DNA from: an uncultured Candidatus Saccharibacteria bacterium | Lineage (GTDB): Bacteria; Patescibacteriota; Minisyncoccia; Phycocordibacterales; JACOZG01 | DNA: 64,000 nt | Direction of reading: 5' to 3' | NCBI GenBank assembly: GCA_964651115.1 | Contig: CAZYXJ010000002.1 | Span: 48,338-112,337 of the forward strand | Shown here: positions 27,332 to 36,317 of the stretch, in pieces | Position numbering within the stretch: position 1 is the stretch's first letter | Layout of the letters: each line of letters starts with the position of its first letter | The notes under the pieces: model-generated | Told to the model about the DNA's origin: nothing | Seen by the model: the letters and a program-made list of their open reading frames with translations, nothing else | The model's database searches: none | Translations under genes and position numbers: made by a program

Positions 27332-27985
27332 GTGGGACTTACTCTTCGAGAGTGGTCTGCCATTGTGTCGGCGACGCTGGTGATTGTGGGTACGTTTTGG
27401 TATGTGACCTTGGTCCTTCTGCGGATCAAGATTCGCCCAGTACTCGCAAGCTGGATCGTCCTGGCTGGCACAATGACCTTGTCATTTGCCACCTACTGGA
27501 CGTCGCCGCGCCACAGCCTTGTCAGTAATGCTTGCAATGCGGCAAGTGTTATCTCGACTCTGGCAATTCTCGGGGCGGTGATCTGGATACACTGGAAGAC
27601 GGGCGGAGAACTCCGTTTCTCCCTTTTCCAGAAGTGGTGTTTGGGAGTTTCCGCTAGTATCGCCGCGCTTTGGATAACGCTGGTGTGGGGTTTGCATCGC
27701 ACCGGCACGGTGCCCAACGTCATGACGCAGATTTTGATGCTTATCGGTTATTTGGTAACCGCCGAGAAATTATGGCGAGCGACCAAGAACACCGAGAGCT
27801 TCTTCACTTGGGGGTGTATCATGATCGCTAGCGCGATCGCGCTCTACACCGCCTGGGTGAGCCGGGATGTGCTCGCGGGACTCTATGCTACCCGAGCCAC
27901 CTTGGCCTCTGCGACAATCGTTGTTTTGATGTACCGCCTTGAGCGTAGGCAAAATGTGGTACTAGAAACAGTCACTACTCAGTAA
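27332..27985 (+). CDS. Hypothetical polytopic membrane protein
   Basis: About 6 hydrophobic helices are predicted. It has a GTG start with a good RBS and its own promoter. No family was recognised. Confidence 0.45.
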   Translation: MGLTLREWSAIVSATLVIVGTFWYVTLVLLRIKIRPVLASWIVLAGTMTLSFATYWTSPRHSLVSNACNAASVISTLAILGAVIWIHWKTGGELRFSLFQKWCLGVSASIAALWITLVWGLHRTGTVPNVMTQILMLIGYLVTAEKLWRATKNTESFFTWGCIMIASAIALYTAWVSRDVLAGLYATRATLASATIVVLMYRLERRQNVVLETVTTQ

Positions 27986-27991
27986 ACCAAA

Positions 27992-28030
27992 TGGCGCGTT
28001 CCTTCGGGAACGCGCCTCTTTGTTTTTATA
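27992..28030. terminator. Bidirectional terminator between the membrane protein gene and rpsA
   Basis: The hairpin GGCGCGTTCCttcgGGAACGCGCC is followed by TCTTTGTTTTT. Confidence 0.5.
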
Positions 28031-28037
28031 TTCCGGG

Positions 28038-29138
28038 CTACTTCTGGGCTGGCTTCTCGCCAAGCGAGAGAGTCATTTTTTGATCCTTGGCGTCAAAGAC
28101 GTTGATCGTAAAGGTGTAGGTTTTGCCTAATTCGAGGGCTTTCTTGAGCTCGTCGTCAGAACCGAATTCGGAGATGTGGACTAATCCCGCCACGCCTTCC
28201 TCGATGGCTACCAGGGCGCCGTGTTTGTTGTGTTTGATGACTACGCCCTTTACCACGTCGCCCTTTTTGTACTTATCACCAGCGTCCTGCCAGGGATTTT
28301 TCTTGAGGGCCTTGATGGAGAGAGAGATTTTGTCGTCCTTGATTTCGATGATCTTAGCCTTGACCTTGTCGCCAACCTTAAAGTGGTCGCGGGGGTTTTC
28401 TACCAAAGACCAGTCGATTTCCGAAATGTGGATCAGGCCTTCAAAGCCCTCTTCCATCTTAACGAAGACACCAAAGTCCACTACGCCCGTTACTTCGCCC
28501 GAGACGGTGTCGCCTAAATTGTACTTAGCGATAATCTCTTTGCGGCTCTTGGAGGCGAGGGCTTTTTCCGAAAAGATGAGTTTGCCTTCTTTGGGATCAG
28601 CGGTAATGAGATAGACTTCCAACTTCTGACCAACGAGCTTTTTGAGCTCTTCCATGATGCGGTCCTTGTTGCCGTCCTCAACTTTAGGATAATGCTCTGG
28701 TTTGAGCTGAGAGGCGGGGAGAAAGCCGTCGATGCCTTGCCATTCGATCATCAAACCGCCCTTGTTGGCGTTTTTGACCGGCAGTTCAAAGACGGAGTTC
28801 TGTTCGATGGCGCGCTTAGCATCAGCCCAGATAATGGCTTGTTTGGCTTCTTTGAGCGAGAGTTCGATGTAACCGTTTTCGCCTTCGGCCTCAACCACCT
28901 TAGCGGTAATCGTGTCGCCGACGTTAACTTCCTTAATGATGTCGCGAGCATTGAGATATTCGCGACCAAAAATAATGCCGGTGCCAAAGGGGGAGATGTC
29001 CACAAAAACGCCAGCTTTGGACTTGGCGATCACGGCGCCCTTAACGAGCGATTTTTCCCGCGGACGTTCGGGGGTAGTTTTATAGACCTCGTCCATGGGG
29101 GTCTCGGGCTTCGTGCTAATAATTTGTTCTATTTCCAT
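28038..29138 (-). CDS. rpsA: 30S ribosomal protein S1 (short, ~4 S1 domains)
   Basis: It contains repeated S1 domains (for example GDVVKGVVIKHNKHGALVAIEEGVAGLVHISE). Confidence 0.8.
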   Translation of the reverse strand: MEIEQIISTKPETPMDEVYKTTPERPREKSLVKGAVIAKSKAGVFVDISPFGTGIIFGREYLNARDIIKEVNVGDTITAKVVEAEGENGYIELSLKEAKQAIIWADAKRAIEQNSVFELPVKNANKGGLMIEWQGIDGFLPASQLKPEHYPKVEDGNKDRIMEELKKLVGQKLEVYLITADPKEGKLIFSEKALASKSRKEIIAKYNLGDTVSGEVTGVVDFGVFVKMEEGFEGLIHISEIDWSLVENPRDHFKVGDKVKAKIIEIKDDKISLSIKALKKNPWQDAGDKYKKGDVVKGVVIKHNKHGALVAIEEGVAGLVHISEFGSDDELKKALELGKTYTFTINVFDAKDQKMTLSLGEKPAQK

Positions 29139-29195
29139 AGGGTTTTAGTATATATATTTATTGATAAATGGCAAATTTTTTGCTAGAGTAGGGCA

Positions 29196-29813
29196 ATGGT
29201 ACTCAGCTATCACGGTCTCGGGATGATTAAGGCCTCAATTGGCGATACGACAGTGGTCTTTAACCCCATTGCCGAGGCGCCCGGTCTTCGGGCTTCTAAA
29301 TTTGGCGCCGATTTGGCCCTCGTTTCGCTTAACGACCCTGGTTATAACGGGATAACTCAGGCTTCTCGTGGCGACCGCGTACCCTTTGCGGTGACGGGGC
29401 CAGGAGAGTATGAGGTCGGAGGCATCTTTATTAAGGGTGTGGGGACGCCTGGACCAGGCGGTCGGATTAATACGATTTATTCGTTGATGTGGGACGGCAT
29501 TAAGTTAATCCATTTGGGGGTGCCAGCTACCACCGAAATTTCTCCTCGTGACAAGGAGGCGCTCGGAGCGGTGGATATTTTGTTTGTTCCCTTGGGCGCC
29601 GCCGGCGGCCTTGAGGCCAAGGCCGCCGCGAAATTCGTGACGGCCTTTTCGCCGCGCCTAGTAATTCCGGTTGATTATGATGAGCGGAGCTCGTTGCCCG
29701 TGTTTCTAAAAGAGGTTGGGGCCGAAGGTAAGTCACCTGTGCCCAGTTTGTCGCTTAAGCGTAAGGATTTACAAGATAAAGAGACGGAAGTGGCCGTGCT
29801 GGCCTTAAGTTAG
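29196..29813 (+). CDS. Metallo-beta-lactamase-fold hydrolase (UPF0173-like)
   Basis: An ~205 aa protein with an MBL-like topology (IDILFVPLG...VIPVDYD). Confidence 0.5.
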   Translation: MVLSYHGLGMIKASIGDTTVVFNPIAEAPGLRASKFGADLALVSLNDPGYNGITQASRGDRVPFAVTGPGEYEVGGIFIKGVGTPGPGGRINTIYSLMWDGIKLIHLGVPATTEISPRDKEALGAVDILFVPLGAAGGLEAKAAAKFVTAFSPRLVIPVDYDERSSLPVFLKEVGAEGKSPVPSLSLKRKDLQDKETEVAVLALS

Positions 29814-29826
29814 AGTTTAAAATATT

Positions 29827-30084
29827 ATGGGTATTTGGGAGTGGATCGAACAAGTGCGGCGCCGTGACGAGGCCTATCGCCGACGTTTGGTCCTGGGCGT
29901 GACGTTCGGAGTTACTTTTATAATTGTGATAGTATGGGCAAGCTCGCTCCGACTAACATGGAACGAGCCGGCCATTAGTGGACCGGCCTCCAAGCCCGAG
30001 GTTCAGGGGCCCGTGGGACGTTTTTGGGACGAGAGTAAGCTAAGAATTATTACAGGATGGCACAAGATCACGAAGCAGAAGTAA
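29827..30084 (+). CDS. Small hypothetical membrane protein
   Basis: An 85 aa ORF has one TM helix (LVLGVTFGVTFIIVIVWA). Its last 28 nt overlap the gyrA start. Confidence 0.3.
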   Translation: MGIWEWIEQVRRRDEAYRRRLVLGVTFGVTFIIVIVWASSLRLTWNEPAISGPASKPEVQGPVGRFWDESKLRIITGWHKITKQK

Positions 30085-32513
30085 AAGCTGGACGCATCGT
30101 CCCCACCGATATTATCGGGGAGATGAAGGAGTCCTACATCAACTACGCGATGTCGGTGATTGTTTCGCGTGCCTTGCCCGACGTCCGCGACGGCCTTAAA
30201 CCTGTTCAGCGACGAATTTTATACACCATGCACGAGCTGGGCCTCTCGCCGGGAGCCAAGTTCCGCAAATGCGCCAAGATTACCGGTGACACGACCGGCA
30301 ACTATCACCCGCACGGGACGGCTTCGGTTTATGATGCGTTGGCGCGCTTGGCTCAAGATTTTAGCTTGCTCCACCCGCTGATTTGGGGTCAGGGTAACTT
30401 TGGTTCGATTGACGGTGACCCGCCGGCGGCCGAGCGTTATACCGAAGCTAAATTAATGCCCCTGTCGCTTGAGTTGTTGCGTGATATCGAAAAGGATACT
30501 GTTGATTTTAGCCCCAACTACGAAAATACCCGCAAAGAGCCAGTCGTCTTGCCTTCTCGTTTCCCTAATCTTTTGGTTAACGGCACGCTCGGCATCGCGG
30601 TCGGCATGGCCACGCGCGTGCCGCCGCACAATTTAGGCGAGGTGATGGAGGCCTTGATCCATTTAATCGATAACCCCGAGGCCACCACGGAGGATCTGTT
30701 GCAGTTTGTGCAGGGTCCCGACTTTCCGACGGGTGGTTTAATTTTTAATGCTAAGGATATTGCCCACGCCGCGGCGACGGGTCGGGGAGGCGTGCTGTGT
30801 CGCGGCGAAGCGGAAATCGTTGAGCCCAAAAATGGTTCGTTCCAGATCGTCATCAGCTCGATTCCTTTTCAGGTTAACAAGCAGGATTTAATCACCAAGA
30901 TTGCCGATTTGGTTCGCGAGAAAAAGATCGAAGGGATTCGCGACATTCGCGACGAGTCAACGACGCTTGATGACATTCGGATTGTGATTGAGCTCAAAAA
31001 TGGCGCTTTCCCGCAAAAGATATTAAACGCTCTTTATAAACACACCGAGCTGGAGACTGTTTTCCATTACAACATGTTGGCGATTGTTGATGGCGTACCA
31101 AAGCTTTTGTCGCTGAAGGGAGTTATCGAAGAGTTTATTGATTATCGTCGTGAGGTGGTGACGCGGCGCACCAAGTTTGATTTGGCGCGCGCCGAAGAGC
31201 GTGAGCATATTTTGGAGGGTCTCAAAAAGGCCGTTGATATTATCGACGCGATTATCGCGACGATCCGGAAGTCGGCTGACGGTCCGGAGGCCCACGCTAA
31301 TTTGATGAAGAAGTTTGATTTTACGGATCGTCAGGCGACAGCCATTTTGGAAATGCGCTTGCAGAAACTGGCCGGCCTCGAAATCAAAAAAATTATTGAT
31401 GAGTTGGAGGAGAAGCGCGCCTTAATTAAAGAGCTCAAGTCTTTGCTGGCTGATGTAAAGAAGATGATGGCCGTCATTAAGAACGAATTTGTGGAAGTTA
31501 AATCCAAATATGCCGTGGCGCGTCGAACTAAGATTGTTAAGGGCGGCGTCAAAGAAATTAGTACCGAAGATTTAATTCCGGAAAAAGAGAATGTATTGGT
31601 GATCACGGCCGGGGGCTACATCAAGCGGACGGATCCGATCGAGTATCGCGCTCAGCGTCGCGGTGGTGTGGGCGTCATTGATTTGGATGTGAAGGAAGAA
31701 GATTTTGTGACCATGTTTTTGACGGCCAACACCCACTCTGATTTATTGTTCTTTACCAACAAGGGCAAGGCTTATCAGATTAAGATGTACGATATTCCCG
31801 AGGGCAAGCGGGCGACTCGCGGCAAGTCGATTATGAACTTTTTGCCACTCTCGGAGGACGAGAAAATCAATTCGGTCTTGGCTAGACCAAAGGAGGATAA
31901 GGGTAAGCAGGCGTCATTAATGTTGGTCACGCGTCGTGGTACGGCGAAAAAAATGGGTATCAAGAGTTTTGAGGATGTGCGGCGCAGTGGGATTATTGCC
32001 ATTCGCTTGGATGCCGGCGACGCTCTCCACTCGGCGTTGTTGGTGGAGAAGGGCGACGAAGTAATTGTTGCCTCACGCGCGGGCCAGTCGATTCGTTTTA
32101 AGGAAGGCGATATCCGCGAGATGGGTCGCACGGCGGGCGGCGTGCGGGCGATGAAGTTGGGCGCGAGCGACCACATCGTGGGCGCGAGCGTGATCCGACC
32201 CGTCGACAAAACCGCTCAATTTTTAATTATGACGGAGCATGGTTACGGCAAAAAGACCAAACTCCCAGAATATAAGACGCAAAAGCGTGGCGGCTCGGGT
32301 ATCAAGACGGCCAAAGTCACCAGCAAGACCGGAGCGGTGATTGATAGCAAAATTATTTACGAAGATGAGTCGGAGATCATCGCGGTTTCCAAAATGGGTC
32401 AAGTCATTCGCACTAAGTTGGACGAGATTCCTTCGCTGGGCCGACAGACGCAGGGTGTTCGCATTATGAAGTTGCGCACAGGCGACTCCCTCGCTTCGCT
32501 TACTTTCTTGTAA
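30057..32513 (+). CDS. gyrA: DNA gyrase subunit A
   Basis: The MSVIVSRALPDVRDGLKPVQRRILY motif is present together with C-terminal beta-pinwheel repeats. Confidence 0.9.
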   Translation: MAQDHEAEVKAGRIVPTDIIGEMKESYINYAMSVIVSRALPDVRDGLKPVQRRILYTMHELGLSPGAKFRKCAKITGDTTGNYHPHGTASVYDALARLAQDFSLLHPLIWGQGNFGSIDGDPPAAERYTEAKLMPLSLELLRDIEKDTVDFSPNYENTRKEPVVLPSRFPNLLVNGTLGIAVGMATRVPPHNLGEVMEALIHLIDNPEATTEDLLQFVQGPDFPTGGLIFNAKDIAHAAATGRGGVLCRGEAEIVEPKNGSFQIVISSIPFQVNKQDLITKIADLVREKKIEGIRDIRDESTTLDDIRIVIELKNGAFPQKILNALYKHTELETVFHYNMLAIVDGVPKLLSLKGVIEEFIDYRREVVTRRTKFDLARAEEREHILEGLKKAVDIIDAIIATIRKSADGPEAHANLMKKFDFTDRQATAILEMRLQKLAGLEIKKIIDELEEKRALIKELKSLLADVKKMMAVIKNEFVEVKSKYAVARRTKIVKGGVKEISTEDLIPEKENVLVITAGGYIKRTDPIEYRAQRRGGVGVIDLDVKEEDFVTMFLTANTHSDLLFFTNKGKAYQIKMYDIPEGKRATRGKSIMNFLPLSEDEKINSVLARPKEDKGKQASLMLVTRRGTAKKMGIKSFEDVRRSGIIAIRLDAGDALHSALLVEKGDEVIVASRAGQSIRFKEGDIREMGRTAGGVRAMKLGASDHIVGASVIRPVDKTAQFLIMTEHGYGKKTKLPEYKTQKRGGSGIKTAKVTSKTGAVIDSKIIYEDESEIIAVSKMGQVIRTKLDEIPSLGRQTQGVRIMKLRTGDSLASLTFL

Positions 32514-32525
32514 TACAATAGAAGA

Positions 32526-33050
32526 ATGTTTTCTGACCCTGTTCAGAATGTCGCCGCTCTCGGTCTAACTGAGGGGATGCGGGTGGCTGATTTTGGCGCC
32601 GGTACCGGCGACCACACTTTAGCTTTGGGTAAACGGGTCGGCGCTCACGGCAAGGTTTACGCGATTGACGTAAACAAAAATTTGCTTGATCGCTTGCAGT
32701 CAGAAGCCAAGCGTCAAGGTATTTTAAATTTAGAGATTATTTGGGGTGATCTCGAAAAGCGCGGCGGCTCGACGCTTAAAGAGGACGCGGTGGATCTGGT
32801 TTTGCTGGCCAATGTCCTCTTTCAATCTGAGGCGCGATATTCGATGCTGTTGGAGGCTCGGCGGATCGTCCGTCCAGGCGGTCGGGTGGCGGTGATCGAG
32901 TGGAGTGATTCGTTTGCTGGTTTGGGGCCAGCGCCCGAGAGCGTGGTCCAGCCGATGGCGCTAAACGACATTGCTATCCAAGCTGGCCTCCGCCCCGAGA
33001 GAGAGTTTGCCGCTGGCGCGCACCATTATGGTCGGCTTTTTGTAAAATAA
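32526..33050 (+). CDS. Class I SAM-dependent methyltransferase
   Basis: The VADFGAGTGDHT SAM-binding motif I is present. Confidence 0.6.
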   Translation: MFSDPVQNVAALGLTEGMRVADFGAGTGDHTLALGKRVGAHGKVYAIDVNKNLLDRLQSEAKRQGILNLEIIWGDLEKRGGSTLKEDAVDLVLLANVLFQSEARYSMLLEARRIVRPGGRVAVIEWSDSFAGLGPAPESVVQPMALNDIAIQAGLRPEREFAAGAHHYGRLFVK

Positions 33051-33054
33051 TTTT

Positions 33055-34356
33055 ATGAATAATCTTAGTACTTTCCAGATCATCCTGCTCCTCGGCTTTG
33101 TCTTTGTGGTTTTTGTTGGCGTCCTGGTTTTCGCGGGCATTATTCCCGGTTTTCGAGCGCCAGAAGGAGGTTCGGGTGGTCAGGTGACGATCTGGGGCAC
33201 GATCCCATCGGAAACGATGAATCAGTTCTTTTCTGACTTTCAGGATGCCCACGAGTCGGAGTTTACGGTTAATTATAATTACGTCGATCCGCGCCGGATT
33301 GAAAACGAATTTGTTAACGCCCTCGCCGCTGGTCGGGGTCCGGATCTAGTCATTTGGCCGCATTCGTATTTACTTAAGCATCGAGATAAGTTGGCCGCGA
33401 TCCCTTACGAGCAATTGGCCGTGCGCAATTTCCGAGAAAATTTTGTTCGGTCGGCGAACGTCTATCTCTTCCCGCAAGGAATTTTGGGCCTGCCCCTAAC
33501 CGTTGATCCTCTCGTCCTTTATTACAATCAAGATTTGTTGACCACTGCGCGTTTGGTGGCGCCACCGCGCGCCTGGTCGCAGATCCAAGAGACGGTTAAG
33601 GCGTTAACCAAAGTTGATGATCGGGGGAGTTTGACGCAATCGGCCATCGCGATGGGGACCTTTAATAATAACGCCAATGCTCGAGACATTTACGCTCTGC
33701 TAACTTTGCAGGCGGGCAATCCCATTTTTGAATTTGGCGCCGAGGGAGGGAAGATCGTGCTTCAAGAGAGTCGAGGTTACGCGCAGAGTCCGGCGATCGA
33801 AGCTCTGAACTTTTTTGTGCGCTTTATTGATCCGGCTAATTCTCTCTATAGTTGGAACGCCGCTCAGATTGACGCACGGCAAGCTTTTGTGCGCGGAACG
33901 CTTGGGCTGTATCTTGGCTATGCTAGTGAGTACAATACTTTGCGACGTCAAAACCCCCAGCTATCAATTGGGGCTGCTCCGGTTCCACAACTGGGTGCCG
34001 CTGGCGACGCGACGATTGCTCAATTAACTGGCGTGTCGCTGGTTAAAAATTCCGCCAACTTAAATACTGCCGCCACCGTGGCCTACTATCTCTCGGCCGA
34101 AGCTTTTGCTGGTCCGTTGGCTCAAGCTTCGGGCCTGCCACCGGCGGCGGTTGATCTGGTGCGGGTGGATCCGCCAGATCCGGTGGCTAGTGTGGCTTAT
34201 GAGTCGGCGATTATTGCTCGCGCCTGGCTGGATCCTGATCCAGTGGCTTCGCGGGCCATCTTCCAGCGCCTGGTCGAGACGTATACCAGCGGCCGCGAAG
34301 AGGTTGGCTCGGCCATCAATCGCGCCCAGCTCGAACTGCAAGCCTTAGTCCGATAA
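33055..34356 (+). CDS. Extracellular solute-binding protein-like (membrane-anchored)
   Basis: An N-terminal TM anchor is followed by a ~400 aa periplasmic-type domain, and the composition resembles ABC sugar-binding proteins. The assignment is tentative. Confidence 0.4.
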   Translation: MNNLSTFQIILLLGFVFVVFVGVLVFAGIIPGFRAPEGGSGGQVTIWGTIPSETMNQFFSDFQDAHESEFTVNYNYVDPRRIENEFVNALAAGRGPDLVIWPHSYLLKHRDKLAAIPYEQLAVRNFRENFVRSANVYLFPQGILGLPLTVDPLVLYYNQDLLTTARLVAPPRAWSQIQETVKALTKVDDRGSLTQSAIAMGTFNNNANARDIYALLTLQAGNPIFEFGAEGGKIVLQESRGYAQSPAIEALNFFVRFIDPANSLYSWNAAQIDARQAFVRGTLGLYLGYASEYNTLRRQNPQLSIGAAPVPQLGAAGDATIAQLTGVSLVKNSANLNTAATVAYYLSAEAFAGPLAQASGLPPAAVDLVRVDPPDPVASVAYESAIIARAWLDPDPVASRAIFQRLVETYTSGREEVGSAINRAQLELQALVR

Positions 34357-34366
34357 TTTTTAACCT

Positions 34367-34756
34367 ATGATGTGGCGACAAAAATTTTTTGTTCATCTCG
34401 TGGCGGCGGCGCTTGTGCTGTTGGGTGGCGCGGGGGTAGTTTGGGCGCAAACGCAAACTTCGGGTTTGGTGCCCTGCGAGGGGTTAGAAGATTGCAATTG
34501 GGATAAATTTTTAAAGCTTTTGGGTAATATTTATGGTTGGTTGGTGCGCTTGGCCTTGCCGCTGGCGACGATTATGATCATGGTGTCTGGAGGGATGTAT
34601 CTGGTCTATTCGACTAATCCCGGTAAGCGAGAGTTGGCGAAAAAATATCTTCTGGCCTCGGTGATTGGTTTGGTGGTTGTGCTAGGGTCTTATATAATAG
34701 TAGCAACGATTATCAGATTTATCGCCGACCCCAGCACGGTTAGAAAACTATTATGA
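34367..34756 (+). CDS. Small secreted 2-TM protein, paralog 1 of array (TrbC/VirB2-like T4SS pilin candidate)
   Basis: It has a signal peptide (LVLLGGAGVVWAQTQ). The mature part has two TM helices with the shared pattern ...MVSGGMYLVYSTNPGKRELAKKYLLASVIGLVVVLG... Confidence 0.4.
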   Translation: MMWRQKFFVHLVAAALVLLGGAGVVWAQTQTSGLVPCEGLEDCNWDKFLKLLGNIYGWLVRLALPLATIMIMVSGGMYLVYSTNPGKRELAKKYLLASVIGLVVVLGSYIIVATIIRFIADPSTVRKLL

Positions 34757-35136
34757 TTTTGAGCTTATTGTTTAAAGTACTTCATGCCGCCGAAGAGGGT
34801 TATACCGGTTTTGGTGGCGAGGAGGGTTATAGCGGCGGCGGTGATTTTGGAGATTCTGCTGGGGGCATCCTCCAGAATTATTTAAAGTCTGGCATTGATA
34901 GTATCCCTCAGTTGATTTCTTACATCCTTAAATTAGCCGCCATGATTGGCTTGCCGATCGTGGTGCTATTTATTATGTGGGCTGGTTTTATGTATGTGAC
35001 GGCGCGTGGCGATCAGGCCAAGATCAGCCGAGCCCATGACGCCTTTCTTTACAGCGTCATTGGTGCGGCTCTGGTCTTGGGCGCGGCGGTGATTGCGGCG
35101 GCCATCCAGGGGACGATTAGTAATTTAAGCGTTTAA
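34753..35136 (+). CDS. Small 2-TM protein, paralog 2 of array (Gly/Glu-rich N-terminus)
   Basis: The shared core is FIMWAGFMYVTARGDQAKISRAHDAFLYSVIGAALVLG. The start overlaps the preceding gene by 4 nt. Confidence 0.4.
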   Translation: MILSLLFKVLHAAEEGYTGFGGEEGYSGGGDFGDSAGGILQNYLKSGIDSIPQLISYILKLAAMIGLPIVVLFIMWAGFMYVTARGDQAKISRAHDAFLYSVIGAALVLGAAVIAAAIQGTISNLSV

Positions 35137-35139
35137 ATT

Positions 35140-35550
35140 ATGCGTTACAAATGGTTATTAGCTTTGGTGTTGGTCTTGCCTCTCGTGACCTTGGCTCAAG
35201 TGACTGGTCCGGGCGGGGTTAGCGGGCCGTGGTCGCCCGATGTCGCGGCGGCCAACGACACCTCCACCTTCGCGGGGATGGTTAACTACGTGATTATCAA
35301 TATTGGTGGGCCGATCAGGAATTTGATTGTGGCCGGAGCCCTGATTTACTTTTTGTGGGGCCTGTTCCAGTACATCAATTCTGGCGGTGATCCGGCGACG
35401 AGGAAGAAGGCCACCGGTACAATGACTTGGGGAATAATTATTTTAGCGGTGATGGTTTCGGTTTGGGGATTGGTCAATCTCTTACTAGACACCTTCCCGC
35501 TGGATAGTAAAACAACACCAAAACCTCCCCAACTTCTCCTGTCTAACTAG
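35140..35550 (+). CDS. Small secreted 2-TM protein, paralog 3 of array
   Basis: It has a signal peptide (LLALVLVLPLVTLAQV). The core is IYFLWGLFQYINSGGDPATRKKATGTMTWGIIILAVMVSVWGLVNLL. Confidence 0.45.
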   Translation: MRYKWLLALVLVLPLVTLAQVTGPGGVSGPWSPDVAAANDTSTFAGMVNYVIINIGGPIRNLIVAGALIYFLWGLFQYINSGGDPATRKKATGTMTWGIIILAVMVSVWGLVNLLLDTFPLDSKTTPKPPQLLLSN

Positions 35551-35605
35551 TGGAGCTGTGGTATACTGTAGAGCATTATAAAGATTATTAAGTTAAGTTT
35601 ATTTT

Positions 35606-35992
35606 ATGGTTCAGAAAATTAAAGGCTTAGTTTTGGGTTTGGCTGCCTTTTTGCCACTGGCAACTTTCGCTCAAAGCGCTTTTCGTAGCATTGGCGGTGC
35701 TTTCAAAGAAGTAATTGCCATTCTCAACACATATGTCATCCCGTTTATTATCGGTTTAGGGGTGATCTATTTCTTGTGGGGCTTGCTCGGTTATATTCGT
35801 AAGGCAGGAGATGAGAAGGAACGAGAAGCCGCTAAACATCAAATGATCTATGGAATCATTATCTTGTTTGTAATGACAGCAGTTTGGGGGCTAGTCAACG
35901 TGCTTACTGATACGCTTGATCTCAAAAAGGCGATTCCTAACCTGCCTGATGTTCCCACAATTAACGTCGGGGATGATACTGTTAATCGCTAA
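35606..35992 (+). CDS. Small secreted 2-TM protein, paralog 4 of array
   Basis: It has a signal peptide (GLAAFLPLATFAQSA). The core IYFLWGLLGYIRKAGDEKEREAAKHQMIYGIIILFVMTAVWGLVNVL is near-identical in pattern to paralog 3. Confidence 0.45.
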   Translation: MVQKIKGLVLGLAAFLPLATFAQSAFRSIGGAFKEVIAILNTYVIPFIIGLGVIYFLWGLLGYIRKAGDEKEREAAKHQMIYGIIILFVMTAVWGLVNVLTDTLDLKKAIPNLPDVPTINVGDDTVNR

Positions 35993-35998
35993 TCTGCA

Positions 35999-36262
35999 AT
36001 GATTGCTTACGCCGCTGAGACTTTCCCTCTGCTCAATCAGATCCAGACCAGTATTATCAATCCTTTGATCTTACTTGGTTTGGCGGCGGCTGTGCTGGTG
36101 TTCTTGTACGGCTTGTTTGAGATGTTGCGGGGGATTAATCAGCCCGCCCAGGTAGAGAAGGGTACCAAACATATTATCTGGGGGGTGATCGGACTGACAA
36201 TTATGGTTTCTGCCTTTGGGCTGATTAACTTGATTTGTTCGACGATTGGGGCGCAGTGTTAA
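35999..36262 (+). CDS. Small 2-TM protein, paralog 5 of array
   Basis: The core is VFLYGLFEMLRGINQPAQVEKGTKHIIWGVIGLTIMVSAFGLINLI. Confidence 0.4.
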   Translation: MIAYAAETFPLLNQIQTSIINPLILLGLAAAVLVFLYGLFEMLRGINQPAQVEKGTKHIIWGVIGLTIMVSAFGLINLICSTIGAQC

Positions 36263-36280
36263 AAGTTTATTTCGGATAGG

Positions 36281-36317
36281 AAAAAGGCCGTCGCGCAAGC
36301 GACGGCCTAGTTGTTTT
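36281..36317. terminator. Bidirectional terminator between the pilin-like array and the convergent membrane protein gene
   Basis: The hairpin GGCCGTCGCgcaaGCGACGGCC is flanked by AAAAA on one side and TTGTTTT on the other. Confidence 0.55.

Noticed and set aside
28123-29186. Plus-strand ORFs of 163, 98 and 164 aa inside rpsA.
   Set aside because: They are antisense to the S1-domain repeats.
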